Virus record (IMG/VR): IMGVR_UViG_3300020577_002562
Span: 64,001-128,000 of that record
Reading direction: 5' to 3' (one strand)
Length of the DNA: 64,000 bases
Origin: a virus
Taxonomy: Duplodnaviria; Caudoviricetes
Shown: positions 1 through 8,714 of the stretch, one piece after another
Numbering within the stretch: position 1 is the stretch's first letter
Layout: every line of letters begins with the position of its first letter
Notes under the pieces: generated by a model
What the model was told of the DNA's origin: nothing
Seen by the model: only the letters and a program-made list of their open reading frames with translations
Database searches by the model: none
Translations under genes and position numbers: made by a program

Positions 1-297
1 CAGTAGATCGCACGCATCGACGATCACTCGGTTGCGCTCTAGAGGAGACAACTCTGCTAGCTTACGAAAATAGCCTGACAGCAGCGCCTTCTTGCTTGCA
101 GCAACCCCACTAGCCGGGTGAACGATGATCGGCAGATCGCCATGCTCGATTAACCACAACTCATGCATCTGTTCATCTGCCCCGACACAGCCGCCATGAT
201 GAAGCTCAGAATATTTGCGGGTGCGCAGAAGTCGTCTTACAGCGATGTGCTGATCTTTGGTCATTCCGGCCTGTGTTCCCGTGAATCCGACGATCAT
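1..297 (-). CDS. SLOG-superfamily protein (YspA/DprA-like), truncated by window edge
   Basis: Hand translation (absent from the ORF track): MIVGFTGTQAGMTKDQ...ELHHGGCVGADEQMH...ERNRVIVDACDLL. ATGA overlap with the upstream gene; open to base 1. Confidence 0.75.
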   Translation of the reverse strand, partial: MIVGFTGTQAGMTKDQHIAVRRLLRTRKYSELHHGGCVGADEQMHELWLIEHGDLPIIVHPASGVAASKKALLSGYFRKLAELSPLERNRVIVDACDLL

Positions 298-737
298 GTC
301 GCTTTCTCCTGCAGAAACGGTACCCACTCTTCCGGCACACTGCAATTGGTGCCAACACCCTTGAACATCGGAGCGATGTCTGAGTCACTGTACCCAGCAA
401 GACCACAACCGACTCGCGTGATCCAGAAACGGTACTGTGGGTTGTTCTGCGTGTACTTGACGAACGTCGTCACATCCACTTGAATGTCCTTCAGGGATCG
501 CGTTTCGATCCGCTTGTCCTTGGTCGGAATGCCGTAGCTGCGGCCAGTAGAGAAGCCAGAGGCTTGCGTGAACCCCATCAAACCACGAGCACGCCCCATT
601 TGTGCTCCGTAGTTCTTGTAGGCTTCCAACGCAGCGCCGCCACCGTGGCGACCAGCCAGGTTTGATCCGAAGACGAAGATCCACGATTTGTCAGGTGCGA
701 CGCCGTCCTTGTGGACTTGAAATGCAAGCTCGGTCAC
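294..737 (-). CDS. A1S_2505-family phage protein (macrodomain-like)
   Basis: WIFVFGSNLAGRHGGGAA, SYGIPT and TRVGCGLAGY motifs; GTG start at 737 overlaps the upstream TGA. Confidence 0.75.
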   Translation of the reverse strand: MTELAFQVHKDGVAPDKSWIFVFGSNLAGRHGGGAALEAYKNYGAQMGRARGLMGFTQASGFSTGRSYGIPTKDKRIETRSLKDIQVDVTTFVKYTQNNPQYRFWITRVGCGLAGYSDSDIAPMFKGVGTNCSVPEEWVPFLQEKAT

Positions 738-949
738 GTTGGTACCTCCGATTGTCCCGGAACACCGTGGATCTTTTCGATCTGGCAGATGCGCAAGACG
801 CACACGCTGTTGACGTTGACCCACAAGACCTTGTCTTTCGCAGAGTATGAAACTCCTACGTATGCCGCGCCTGTGATGTCTAGATGGTTGTCTGCCAGTG
901 CGTCGAACTGGGCTCTGTTGGCCGGATCATTGGCTTGTAGGTACTTCAT
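734..949 (-). CDS. hypothetical protein
   Basis: Packed in the minus-strand run with coupled stop/start. Confidence 0.6.
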   Translation of the reverse strand: MKYLQANDPANRAQFDALADNHLDITGAAYVGVSYSAKDKVLWVNVNSVCVLRICQIEKIHGVPGQSEVPT

Positions 950-1286
950 TTGCTGTCCTTTGAAAGCGGTTGCGCAGTTCTTGGATTGCCTCTTGGACCA
1001 AGGATTGCGTCACTTGACTGTGACCTTCGGTACGAACCCGAGCAAGCAGCTGCCTTATTTCTGCGCGGCGTTGGTACTCGGGCTTTCGGTGCAGCCAACC
1101 CGGAGTGTGGTTGCTTGCATAGATTTCGGCTGCGTTGATTGGTAGCCAGTTGACAGGCCGGATCGTTTGGCCGCGCACATCGTGAGTCTGGGTGATGTAA
1201 GACATCGCCAATTCTTGTGTGCTCCCGCGAGTGATGTGGTAGTAGCGACCGTCGTCGAACATGAAAAGCGGATAGAGTTGAGGCAT
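927..1286 (-). CDS. hypothetical protein
   Basis: Packed minus-strand ORF. Confidence 0.6.
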   Translation of the reverse strand: MPQLYPLFMFDDGRYYHITRGSTQELAMSYITQTHDVRGQTIRPVNWLPINAAEIYASNHTPGWLHRKPEYQRRAEIRQLLARVRTEGHSQVTQSLVQEAIQELRNRFQRTANEVPTSQ

Positions 1287-1291
1287 GTGGT

Positions 1292-1513
1292 TTACTCGAT
1301 GAGTTCGGCCAGTAGTTGTTCTGCCATGTCCCAGAACAGCCGATTGACCTTGAAGACTGGATCCCCTAGCTCAGGAAGAGCATCGATAGCGGCTTTCCAC
1401 TCCAGCATAAACTTCTCACCCGCAGGAACTTCCTTCACAGCATCGTTCCAAGCCCGTAACATTTCTCGTTGCACGGCACGGCGCTGCGATACAGTTGCAG
1501 TCAGCAGACTCAT
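1292..1513 (-). CDS. hypothetical protein
   Basis: ATGA overlap with upstream gene. Confidence 0.6.
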   Translation of the reverse strand: MSLLTATVSQRRAVQREMLRAWNDAVKEVPAGEKFMLEWKAAIDALPELGDPVFKVNRLFWDMAEQLLAELIE

Positions 1514-2055
1514 ACTTTACCGTTCAGGGTTTGTTCGATGAGTTCAAAGCCACGGGCCGTTGCGCATGAGAAAGGCCGGTCGTGGTGAATTCCTTGATGG
1601 TAGCACGCAGCTGCCTGCGCAATTTCACACCGCGTTCTGTACGGACAAACGGTGTTCGCCGGGATCTTGCCGTCGATTAGTTCGGTGTGGGCAGACTGCG
1701 GATCATTCGGCACATTCGGCACATTCGGCACATTCGGTACTGTCTGGTCTGCTGCCTGATCCATGTCGATGGCCGAATACATCTTCAGATCATCGACGCG
1801 CCGGGAGCGCCAGCCGCAGCCGTCCGGGCCGGGCACGAACAGTCCAGAGTCGCGTAGACGAACGTACCGGTCAGCGTTCTTGCGCGTTTCGGCCTGCTTG
1901 TCTTCGAAGGCATCACGGCTCTCCGTAGATAGAAGAGCAGCTATTGCTTTTTCGTAGGAGCCATACCTGTCCAGCGCATCACTACAGTCTCGCAGACCCA
2001 TACCAGTTGCAGCACGCAGCGCCTTGAGATCTATCGCACGTTGTTGCATAATCAC
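1510..2055 (-). CDS. protein with EF-Ts N-terminal (UBA-like) domain and VPN repeats
   Basis: DLKALRAATGMGLRDCSDALDRYGSYEKAIAAL matches the EF-Ts N-terminal pattern (K.LR..TG.G..DC..AL......EKAI..L); Cys-rich C-terminus. Confidence 0.55.
   Translation of the reverse strand: MIMQQRAIDLKALRAATGMGLRDCSDALDRYGSYEKAIAALLSTESRDAFEDKQAETRKNADRYVRLRDSGLFVPGPDGCGWRSRRVDDLKMYSAIDMDQAADQTVPNVPNVPNVPNDPQSAHTELIDGKIPANTVCPYRTRCEIAQAAACYHQGIHHDRPFSCATARGFELIEQTLNGKV
1704..1739. repeat. 9-bp coding tandem repeat (CATTCGGCA x4), encoding VPN x4
   Basis: Three exact copies plus one with a single mismatch. Confidence 0.95.
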
Positions 2056-2690
2056 TCCTCGGTGATGGTGAAATTGAACTTGACCTTCTTGACCGACTTG
2101 ATCGTGTCGAGGTAGCGGTGGTTCTCGTCCACGTAGGGACCGCGTTCGACGCGAACGAACTGGATTAGGTTGTCGGCAAACAGCGGCCGACCCATACGAC
2201 CCTGTACATCAGCGGCGATGGCGGCGATGGGCGGTTTCCTCAGATGCTTCGGCAGTTCGTCGAAGTTATAGCAATGGTGAGCCGCTTCGATATAGACCTC
2301 GAAGAGCTTGCGCTGTACTCCATCTTGGCGCCAGCAACTGTCGTGGTTGCTCGTGTTCTCGAACAGGCCGACGGGAACGTCTTCGAGTCGACCTGCGTCC
2401 GAAACAGCTACGTAGACCCGTCTGCCGGACAGGACAATGTAGTGCAGAAACTTGCGGTAGTGACGTTCCAACTCTGGACGACGGGTATGGCCGTCGTTCT
2501 CGTATCCGTAGTTGTCACAGGTCACTTCGACAGGGAAGTACATACCTAGCGTTCTGTCACGGATGAATGGATTGTCGATTCGGTCGAGCAGGGTACGGCC
2601 CTCGAAGTTGCCGTAGATGGGGTTCATTTCACGGAACTGCTCGAACAGTGCGACGATGATGGCGGACGGGTCAACGATATGAGTGCTCAT
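2052..2690 (-). CDS. hypothetical protein
   Basis: GAGGTG RBS before ATG 2690. Confidence 0.65.
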   Translation of the reverse strand: MSTHIVDPSAIIVALFEQFREMNPIYGNFEGRTLLDRIDNPFIRDRTLGMYFPVEVTCDNYGYENDGHTRRPELERHYRKFLHYIVLSGRRVYVAVSDAGRLEDVPVGLFENTSNHDSCWRQDGVQRKLFEVYIEAAHHCYNFDELPKHLRKPPIAAIAADVQGRMGRPLFADNLIQFVRVERGPYVDENHRYLDTIKSVKKVKFNFTITEE

Positions 2691-2700
2691 GTGATTCACC

Positions 2701-3132
2701 TCAGTAGAAATCGGAACGGAGGACAGTGCCCTTATCGACACCGTTCTGGGCAGCTCGATCTAGCGCGATGGGCAGAGCTGTCATCTGGCCCGCACGGCGT
2801 AAGGTCCAACCCACACCATCAGAAGCGGGAGTGAACAAACTGCTGTTCGTATCCACCAGCATGTTGTAGAACTCGATCTTCCAGATGTCACCCGGCTTTG
2901 GCAGCCGTTTCGGAGCCTCTTCCAGCTTCTTAGGGAACCATCTGATCAGAGTGGACTGCTTGTACTTGGTGAAGGCCACCGTGTTGGCGACGACGAACAT
3001 AATGTCACCGTCCTGATCGACTTTCCAGGTGAATAGCCACAGATTCCAGAAGCGCCACCAGCCCCCGGCCCAGGCACCAGCGAGTTGCCAACGCAGTTGG
3101 CTGAGGCGTGAACGCAAAGTCCAATAGTTCAT
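2701..3132 (-). CDS. hypothetical Trp-rich protein
   Basis: GGAG RBS; ATGA overlap at 3129-3132. Confidence 0.55.
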   Translation of the reverse strand: MNYWTLRSRLSQLRWQLAGAWAGGWWRFWNLWLFTWKVDQDGDIMFVVANTVAFTKYKQSTLIRWFPKKLEEAPKRLPKPGDIWKIEFYNMLVDTNSSLFTPASDGVGWTLRRAGQMTALPIALDRAAQNGVDKGTVLRSDFY

Positions 3133-3599
3133 TTGAGGCTCTCCTTGCTCCGTTCGTTGATCCACGAGTCCAGTGTTCCATCTTGTTTACGCCGACGGAT
3201 CTCACCCTTGCTGACGTTGAACTTGGTAGCCAGTTGGGCCACGGTGCCCAGCGGGTGTTGTTGGTTGTGTTGCAGAAACTCGGTTTGCAGTTGCAGCCGT
3301 AGCGCCTCTTGTTGAAGAATCCGTCGGTTGCGCTCCTCCTCGTCAGCTTGCTCGAAGATCCCCTGCACAGCTTGGCGGATGCGCTCTTTCACGACCTCCA
3401 CCGTGGTGTTGCCGAAGGGACCGCTGATGTCAGGGTTCATCGCCAGTAGCGCTCGGATGTCGTCATCGAAACGACCTGTCAGAACGTGCATCGACATCTC
3501 GACGTCCTGCTTGTCTGCCACGCCTAGGCAGAACTTGCCGACGCAGCCGAGTACGGTCAGCCCCATCAACGGACTTGGAGTCTTCACTTGGTCTGTCAT
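3129..3599 (-). CDS. hypothetical protein, possible C-terminal helix-turn-helix
   Basis: C-terminus TVAQLATKFNVSKGEIRRRK resembles an HTH. Confidence 0.55.
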   Translation of the reverse strand: MTDQVKTPSPLMGLTVLGCVGKFCLGVADKQDVEMSMHVLTGRFDDDIRALLAMNPDISGPFGNTTVEVVKERIRQAVQGIFEQADEEERNRRILQQEALRLQLQTEFLQHNQQHPLGTVAQLATKFNVSKGEIRRRKQDGTLDSWINERSKESLK

Positions 3600-3943
3600 G
3601 CTTTCCTCGGCAGGATTGGTTGTGGGGGTTGCTTCGTGGTGTAGTGCTTGATCACCATAGCCAGCCAGTCAGGATCCGGGTATACGTTGTGATCTTCGAT
3701 GTAGTGCTTGTATCCGGACGGCCAGGTGAAACCCTTGAACGTGAACTCCTCGCTGCCGTTGATACGACCACAGATGCGACAGCAGGAGAAGCCTCGGTAG
3801 GCAACGCATCTTGCCTCCTTCTCCACGTAGTCAATGGCATCGAGCACCAAAGACTTGTGCATCATTGGAGTACCTGGCTTAGGCTTTAGTAGCTCAGGTT
3901 CATGTGTCGAGTACCAGAAGCCAACCTTCTTTACCGGGTTCAC
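3596..3943 (-). CDS. conserved phage-type hypothetical protein (CxxC, W-P...HY...H)
   Basis: YRGFSCCRICG...WPSGYKHYIEDHNVYP motif. Confidence 0.65.
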   Translation of the reverse strand: MNPVKKVGFWYSTHEPELLKPKPGTPMMHKSLVLDAIDYVEKEARCVAYRGFSCCRICGRINGSEEFTFKGFTWPSGYKHYIEDHNVYPDPDWLAMVIKHYTTKQPPQPILPRKA

Positions 3944-4419
3944 GCCGGATCTCCTTCGTTCAGCAGTTTGAGCAGTTGCTCATTGGACTCGATCACCTTG
4001 GCGCCAGGATAGAAATGCGTCAAATGCTCACGCCACGATTGGAAGTTCTTGTGCGCCGTTCCACAGTGCCTGAAGCTGCATGCGTGCCAGCCCAGTTCCT
4101 TCAGAATCTTCCAGCCGAACATCGCATCGTCGGTCATGAACACGTGGGTATCGGCACCGATTGGGCCGACAGCGTAGCAACAGATGCCACCACTGGACGC
4201 CAGATAGTCTTGACCGGTGTCGCCTGCAGTGCCGAAACGCTTGGGGCCGAACCAAAAGCCATCGACTTCAGCGATGGACAACACGCGCGAGAAGCAGGTG
4301 TCGGGGTGCCGACGGCATTCCATAAACTTGTCAAGTGCGCCGGCCGCTTTGAAGTCTGCCAGCACTTCTTCCTGGCGAGCCTTGGTAGACGAGGTATATA
4401 GCATTTCGAGGGTGATCAT
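3940..4419 (-). CDS. hypothetical protein
   Basis: AAGGA RBS before ATG 4419; coupled to the next gene. Confidence 0.6.
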   Translation of the reverse strand: MITLEMLYTSSTKARQEEVLADFKAAGALDKFMECRRHPDTCFSRVLSIAEVDGFWFGPKRFGTAGDTGQDYLASSGGICCYAVGPIGADTHVFMTDDAMFGWKILKELGWHACSFRHCGTAHKNFQSWREHLTHFYPGAKVIESNEQLLKLLNEGDPA

Positions 4420-4430
4420 GGTGATTCCTT

Positions 4431-4778
4431 TCAGACGTTGATGCTTTGAAGCGGTTCGATGCGCCCTCCGCTGGTTTTCGACCAGTACGTGAACCGTTTC
4501 ATGTAGCAAGCAGCTTCTAGCACATCCTCGAAGCGGCCGCTCAGGTAGGCCAGCGTTGGTGTATGTGAACTGTGGTAGCTGCCGCTCTGATCATCTCCGA
4601 TGATGCGGAAAACTCCACTCTTTCCCCGACAGTCCACGTAGTAATCTGACAGGTACGGCGTGTCCAGTCGCTTGATGTAGTCGGCCTTGATCTGAGCCGC
4701 GACTTCCGGCGTGACTTTCTTGTCGAACAGATCAGGGTGTTCTTGCTTGAGTTGTTCGAGGTTCATGATGTTCCTCAC
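4431..4778 (-). CDS. hypothetical protein
   Basis: Packed minus-strand ORF; GAGGA RBS. Confidence 0.6.
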   Translation of the reverse strand: MRNIMNLEQLKQEHPDLFDKKVTPEVAAQIKADYIKRLDTPYLSDYYVDCRGKSGVFRIIGDDQSGSYHSSHTPTLAYLSGRFEDVLEAACYMKRFTYWSKTSGGRIEPLQSINV

Positions 4779-5059
4779 AGTGGATCGTTGATAAGTCGCT
4801 TGAGGGTGCCCTCAAAATCGAGCACGGGATCGTTACCCGACATGCACGGGAAGTCAAAGTTCACCCAAAGTTCGCCATCTTCTTTGTACAGCCGGGCAAA
4901 ACTCTGGTAACCTCGTGCGCTATCGCTAAGATACATGCACCGCCGAGTGCGACTGAAGGTCACCCGTTTGAAGTGACGCTTGGCAAAGTCAACGGTTCGT
5001 TGCATGCATTGGGCTTGCCGTGTGTTTCTGTTCATAGACATGTCGTGTTTACTGTTCAT
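4775..5059 (-). CDS. hypothetical protein
   Basis: Packed minus-strand ORF. Confidence 0.55.
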   Translation of the reverse strand: MNSKHDMSMNRNTRQAQCMQRTVDFAKRHFKRVTFSRTRRCMYLSDSARGYQSFARLYKEDGELWVNFDFPCMSGNDPVLDFEGTLKRLINDPL

Positions 5060-5094
5060 ATTGACTAGGAAACGAGGTTCCCTTTGCTCCTGTG

Positions 5095-5502
5095 TCAGAT
5101 GTCGATCTTGGGCAGCACGATGCCGCCGAGTTCCAGGGCGCGTTGCGTGGCCTTGCTTTTCAGCCGGATTGCCAAGTCGCGGCGGCGTTGGCTCTCCTGC
5201 TGCATCGCAACCGGAAGTTCACGGGTAGTGAGCATCGTCTCGATCTCTCGGGCATCTGCCAGCAGCAAGGTGGCGCACAGCACCATCTCATTGATCGACA
5301 TCGAAATGGACTCAGGGGCATGCGGCACGTTGCCGACGTAGTCCTTGGAAAAGTCCACTTCTTTGTCTTCAGGGGTGGCTGGCTCATCGATGAAGCAATC
5401 GATGCTGCCGCAGACTTGGCAGCGCCCCCCTTCCGGTTGCTTGCCGGCAGGCAGTTCAGTGAAGCACGAATCGCAGACGGTGCGTACTTGGGTGATGGGC
5501 AT
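5095..5502 (-). CDS. hypothetical protein with N-terminal Zn ribbon
   Basis: CDSC...CQVC; AAGGA RBS. Confidence 0.6.
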   Translation of the reverse strand: MPITQVRTVCDSCFTELPAGKQPEGGRCQVCGSIDCFIDEPATPEDKEVDFSKDYVGNVPHAPESISMSINEMVLCATLLLADAREIETMLTTRELPVAMQQESQRRRDLAIRLKSKATQRALELGGIVLPKIDI

Positions 5503-5514
5503 GATGCGGTCCTT

Positions 5515-5919
5515 TCAGAATGAATTGAACATGGCAGCTTCGGCGGCACGGTCGACCTTGCGACCGTGAACGTCCAAGTCAGTGAACTCGCGCCACAGGG
5601 TGTAGGCCAACTCGGAACTGACGATCATAGGCTCGCTCTGTGAGAGTGCTTGTCTTGCCGCGATGCGGGCGCCGATGACACTTTCCAACTTGGTTGCGTC
5701 TTGTGTGGCAAGCAGACTGTACTTGCTCCATCTGGAGGCAGACAGCCAGCGAACTGCCGACTCCCGAGTTGAGCAAGGAAAGATCCACCGATTCATGGCC
5801 TTCTGGATCTCTACTTCGCGCTGTGCTTGGATACGTTGGTACCGCCGTTCGATCCAGCGATCACAGGCCTTCTCGATTTCGGCTGCTGGGACGTAGAGAT
5901 ATGCGATTGCGCGGTGCAT
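5515..5919 (-). CDS. hypothetical protein
   Basis: TGATG coupling with upstream gene. Confidence 0.6.
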   Translation of the reverse strand: MHRAIAYLYVPAAEIEKACDRWIERRYQRIQAQREVEIQKAMNRWIFPCSTRESAVRWLSASRWSKYSLLATQDATKLESVIGARIAARQALSQSEPMIVSSELAYTLWREFTDLDVHGRKVDRAAEAAMFNSF

Positions 5920-6335
5920 CAGTAGACCTCACCGGATTGACGCTTCGCGTCATAGCTGGCGTTCCATTCTGCCTCTGTCGGCTCGAACATGCACGCTTGC
6001 TCTTCGTCCTCCGCGTCGCGGTTCCAGATGAACTTGCAGCCATTGCCGGAGTATTGGTTCTCGTTGCAGTGGCCGGTGTTCGTGCCCGGCGGATGCAGGC
6101 TGGTGCCGAAGTGGTGACTACCGCACAGCGGGCATGTGAAGCCGGGCTGGCGAACGTCGTCCAACTTGAAGACGCGAAAGTCCTGACTACTGAGATGCAT
6201 GGAGTTGCACAGTTCAGTGAACGACGGGTAGGTGCTGGCCCAGACCATCATAGTGAGTGCATGTTCCGGCGAATCGGCCTCGTAGTCGCCGAGTACGGTC
6301 TGGTCCGTGATACGAACGATGCGAAACTTGGGCAT
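5919..6335 (-). CDS. hypothetical protein with Zn-finger
   Basis: CPLCGSHHFGT...C...C; GAGGAG RBS. Confidence 0.65.
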   Translation of the reverse strand: MPKFRIVRITDQTVLGDYEADSPEHALTMMVWASTYPSFTELCNSMHLSSQDFRVFKLDDVRQPGFTCPLCGSHHFGTSLHPPGTNTGHCNENQYSGNGCKFIWNRDAEDEEQACMFEPTEAEWNASYDAKRQSGEVY

Positions 6336-6344
6336 GTGCTCTCC

Positions 6345-6677
6345 TCAGTTCAAACCCTTGAAGTCGTTGATTGCGGCTGCCGCCACTTGGCATGCCAGTT
6401 CTTCCAGCAGCCTCGGGGTGAGCGGCTCCTTTACTCTCAGAACGTCGTCGGAACCCCAGGTCACGTCAGAGCCATTCAAGCAGTTCCATTGCATCCAGTT
6501 GCGAACAGCGGCCATATGACTACCGCCTTGCTCGGCAAGTTCTGGCGCAGTGGTGTATTGAGACAGCAAGTCCACTTGTTCGGCGATGCTCGCCTTGATG
6601 AAGACTTCGACTTCTGGCGTTGCTTCGCGCAGAAGCTCTAGCGCCTTCAGAATCCGTCGTTGGTTCAGCTTGTTCAT
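6345..6677 (-). CDS. hypothetical protein
   Basis: Packed ORF; VRNWMQWNCLNG..VTWGS. Confidence 0.6.
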   Translation of the reverse strand: MNKLNQRRILKALELLREATPEVEVFIKASIAEQVDLLSQYTTAPELAEQGGSHMAAVRNWMQWNCLNGSDVTWGSDDVLRVKEPLTPRLLEELACQVAAAAINDFKGLN

Positions 6678-6683
6678 AGAGGT

Positions 6684-7001
6684 TCATTCCATGGTGATGG
6701 TTTCGGTATTGACGTTATGCGCCCAACCGTCGCGGAACTCGGTGACTTCGATGACGAACGCCAGGCTCTTCCGAGCCAGCATCTTCAACTCGTCGTTGAA
6801 GGTAGGAGGGACGCCGACTTGCTGAGTCCGCCACCGTTGGACGACTTCGGTGCGAGTCGAGGCCAGTGCGGCAGTTGTGTTATTGGGAGTGGTCCACTGC
6901 TTGGCCCAATCTTCCAGACGTTGACGATCACGTTGGCTGATTGCCAACGTATTGGGGATGCACAGAATGTGGCGCACGCCACGGCAAACGAACATGGACA
7001 T
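6684..7001 (-). CDS. hypothetical protein
   Basis: GAGGAG RBS before ATG 7001. Confidence 0.55.
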   Translation of the reverse strand: MSMFVCRGVRHILCIPNTLAISQRDRQRLEDWAKQWTTPNNTTAALASTRTEVVQRWRTQQVGVPPTFNDELKMLARKSLAFVIEVTEFRDGWAHNVNTETITME

Positions 7002-7012
7002 GATGTTGCTCC

Positions 7013-7267
7013 TCAGTGGATGGTTTCGTACTGCATGATGTACGCACCATGCGTGCCGAATTCTGGTGCCAGAAAAGCCATGTAGCCATCCGTATGGTGG
7101 GGCCACGGATCTACCGGCACCAGGCTTCCGTAGTCATCGATCAAGTAGCAACCGGGCCACGGGGTGCCAAGCCGGCGATGAAGACCCCACTCGTCATAGT
7201 CAGCAGACGGTGGTGGCATCACGAAGCGGAAACCGACCTCGGCGTAGTGCTTGGAGTAGTCGATCAT
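7013..7267 (-). CDS. hypothetical protein
   Basis: GAGGT RBS. Confidence 0.55.
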   Translation of the reverse strand: MIDYSKHYAEVGFRFVMPPPSADYDEWGLHRRLGTPWPGCYLIDDYGSLVPVDPWPHHTDGYMAFLAPEFGTHGAYIMQYETIH

Positions 7268-7294
7268 GTGGACCTCAATCTGAGTGGTGGATGT

Positions 7295-7906
7295 TCAGGC
7301 ATCGATGCAGAAGCCCGCCGACTCGACTCGAACCAGGCCGTCTGCGGTCGTGCTGATCTTAGGTACGCGGTTGTGGATGTCCTCGATGGCTTGATGCAAG
7401 CACATCAAGTTCATCGGACCGGGGTTGTCGATGATGATGTCGATGGGCAGTCGCCAGTACAGTGGGTGCTTCACCTGGTCGAAGCACATCTGCTTCTGCT
7501 CGGCAGAGAACTGGTGATCGGGCTTCAACTCAGGTGGCTGTGCTTGAATGATCGCGGTGATGCCTTTGCCAGCACCAGGCGCCACCATCACGTAGGCGTT
7601 CTGCGCTCGCAGTTGCTCCACGATCTTCTTTTGGTGGAGATGCAGCTTCGGCTTCAACTTGGTTTTCCGGGGGACTGGCGGAGGCGGCGGAACCTCCTCG
7701 AGAATGTTCTGTTCGTTGATCCGCGCATGCGTGATGCCCAACAGAATCAAGATGTTGCGAGCATGGTCCATCGCACGCGGACCATCGTCGTTGCCCTTGG
7801 TGAAATCGCGCACATGCTGGCTCCATTGCGGACCATCGAGGTTGCGCTTCTGGGCAAGTTGCCGCAGTTGATGGATCGAGCATGCAGAAAGAGGGATCTT
7901 GTTCAC
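7295..7906 (-). CDS. hypothetical protein; N-terminal domain shared with 8715..9509, plus a helicase-like fragment
   Basis: LSACSIHQLRQLA..RNLD; LHLHQKKIV...VAPGAGKG. Confidence 0.6.
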   Translation of the reverse strand: MNKIPLSACSIHQLRQLAQKRNLDGPQWSQHVRDFTKGNDDGPRAMDHARNILILLGITHARINEQNILEEVPPPPPVPRKTKLKPKLHLHQKKIVEQLRAQNAYVMVAPGAGKGITAIIQAQPPELKPDHQFSAEQKQMCFDQVKHPLYWRLPIDIIIDNPGPMNLMCLHQAIEDIHNRVPKISTTADGLVRVESAGFCIDA

Positions 7907-8012
7907 TCGGGGTTCTCCAGGTTGATCACTGTGGCATCACGGAACACTTGCCAGTCGTTCATAGGTCCGTGAGGACTCGGCTTGGTGTCTTCCACACCCA
8001 CCGCATGAAACG

Positions 8013-8285
8013 TCAGCTCAGGTAGTGGCTCCGATGGAGACTTGACGCGGAGTCGAGCGAACGCTTCAGCTCGAAGTGGGCCAGCATCTGCTTCACTTCA
8101 TCTTCTGTGAGGTTGAAGGTGGCGCAGACTCCTGTGTTGGTTGCCAGATTGGCGGTGGCGGCTTGCGCCCCAACCACTTCGTACATGCTCCATCCACGGT
8201 CCCACGTGATTGACAACACCAGATAGCGGATGACTTCGTTCTTGCGGGCAGTGGACTTGGTACGAGCGGACTTGGCAGTTTTCAT
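8013..8285 (-). CDS. hypothetical protein
   Basis: ATG 8285 directly after the upstream stop. Confidence 0.5.
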   Translation of the reverse strand: MKTAKSARTKSTARKNEVIRYLVLSITWDRGWSMYEVVGAQAATANLATNTGVCATFNLTEDEVKQMLAHFELKRSLDSASSLHRSHYLS

Positions 8286-8286
8286 G

Positions 8287-8682
8287 TCAGAACCCCACGG
8301 AGCGGAGAGATTGAAGATAGACGCGGATGACAACCCACGTGGTCGTGTCGTTCTGCACTCGGCAGTTTTCGATCACGTAGAAGGTCAGAGGCAGCCGAGT
8401 CAGCACTCGGACGATCCAGCTATCGGCACGCAGCACACACTCGAACACGGGCCGCTGCGGCTGGCACAACTTGGCGATTTCCGCCTTCGACAGCAGCCGG
8501 CACTCGGCGGCAGCTTCGACGTAGGTGACTTCACCGAGTCTCGGGCTGCCAAGATACATCGCATTGTAGTGGAAGTGCGGCGTGCCGGGCATGCCGATCT
8601 TCATGAACTTCGGATTCGGCGGGCCGAACCACGTATTGACCAACTCGAACGATTCGCCGACAGGGACTTCACGTACCAACAT
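8287..8682 (-). CDS. hypothetical protein
   Basis: GGAG RBS before ATG 8682. Confidence 0.55.
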   Translation of the reverse strand: MLVREVPVGESFELVNTWFGPPNPKFMKIGMPGTPHFHYNAMYLGSPRLGEVTYVEAAAECRLLSKAEIAKLCQPQRPVFECVLRADSWIVRVLTRLPLTFYVIENCRVQNDTTTWVVIRVYLQSLRSVGF

Positions 8683-8714
8683 GGTGTTCTCCAGTGAGTG
8701 TGGATTCTGACGTC

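Noticed and set aside
7295-7906. Functional helicase from the APGAGKG motif
   Set aside because: No Walker B or later motifs and too short; at most a fragment
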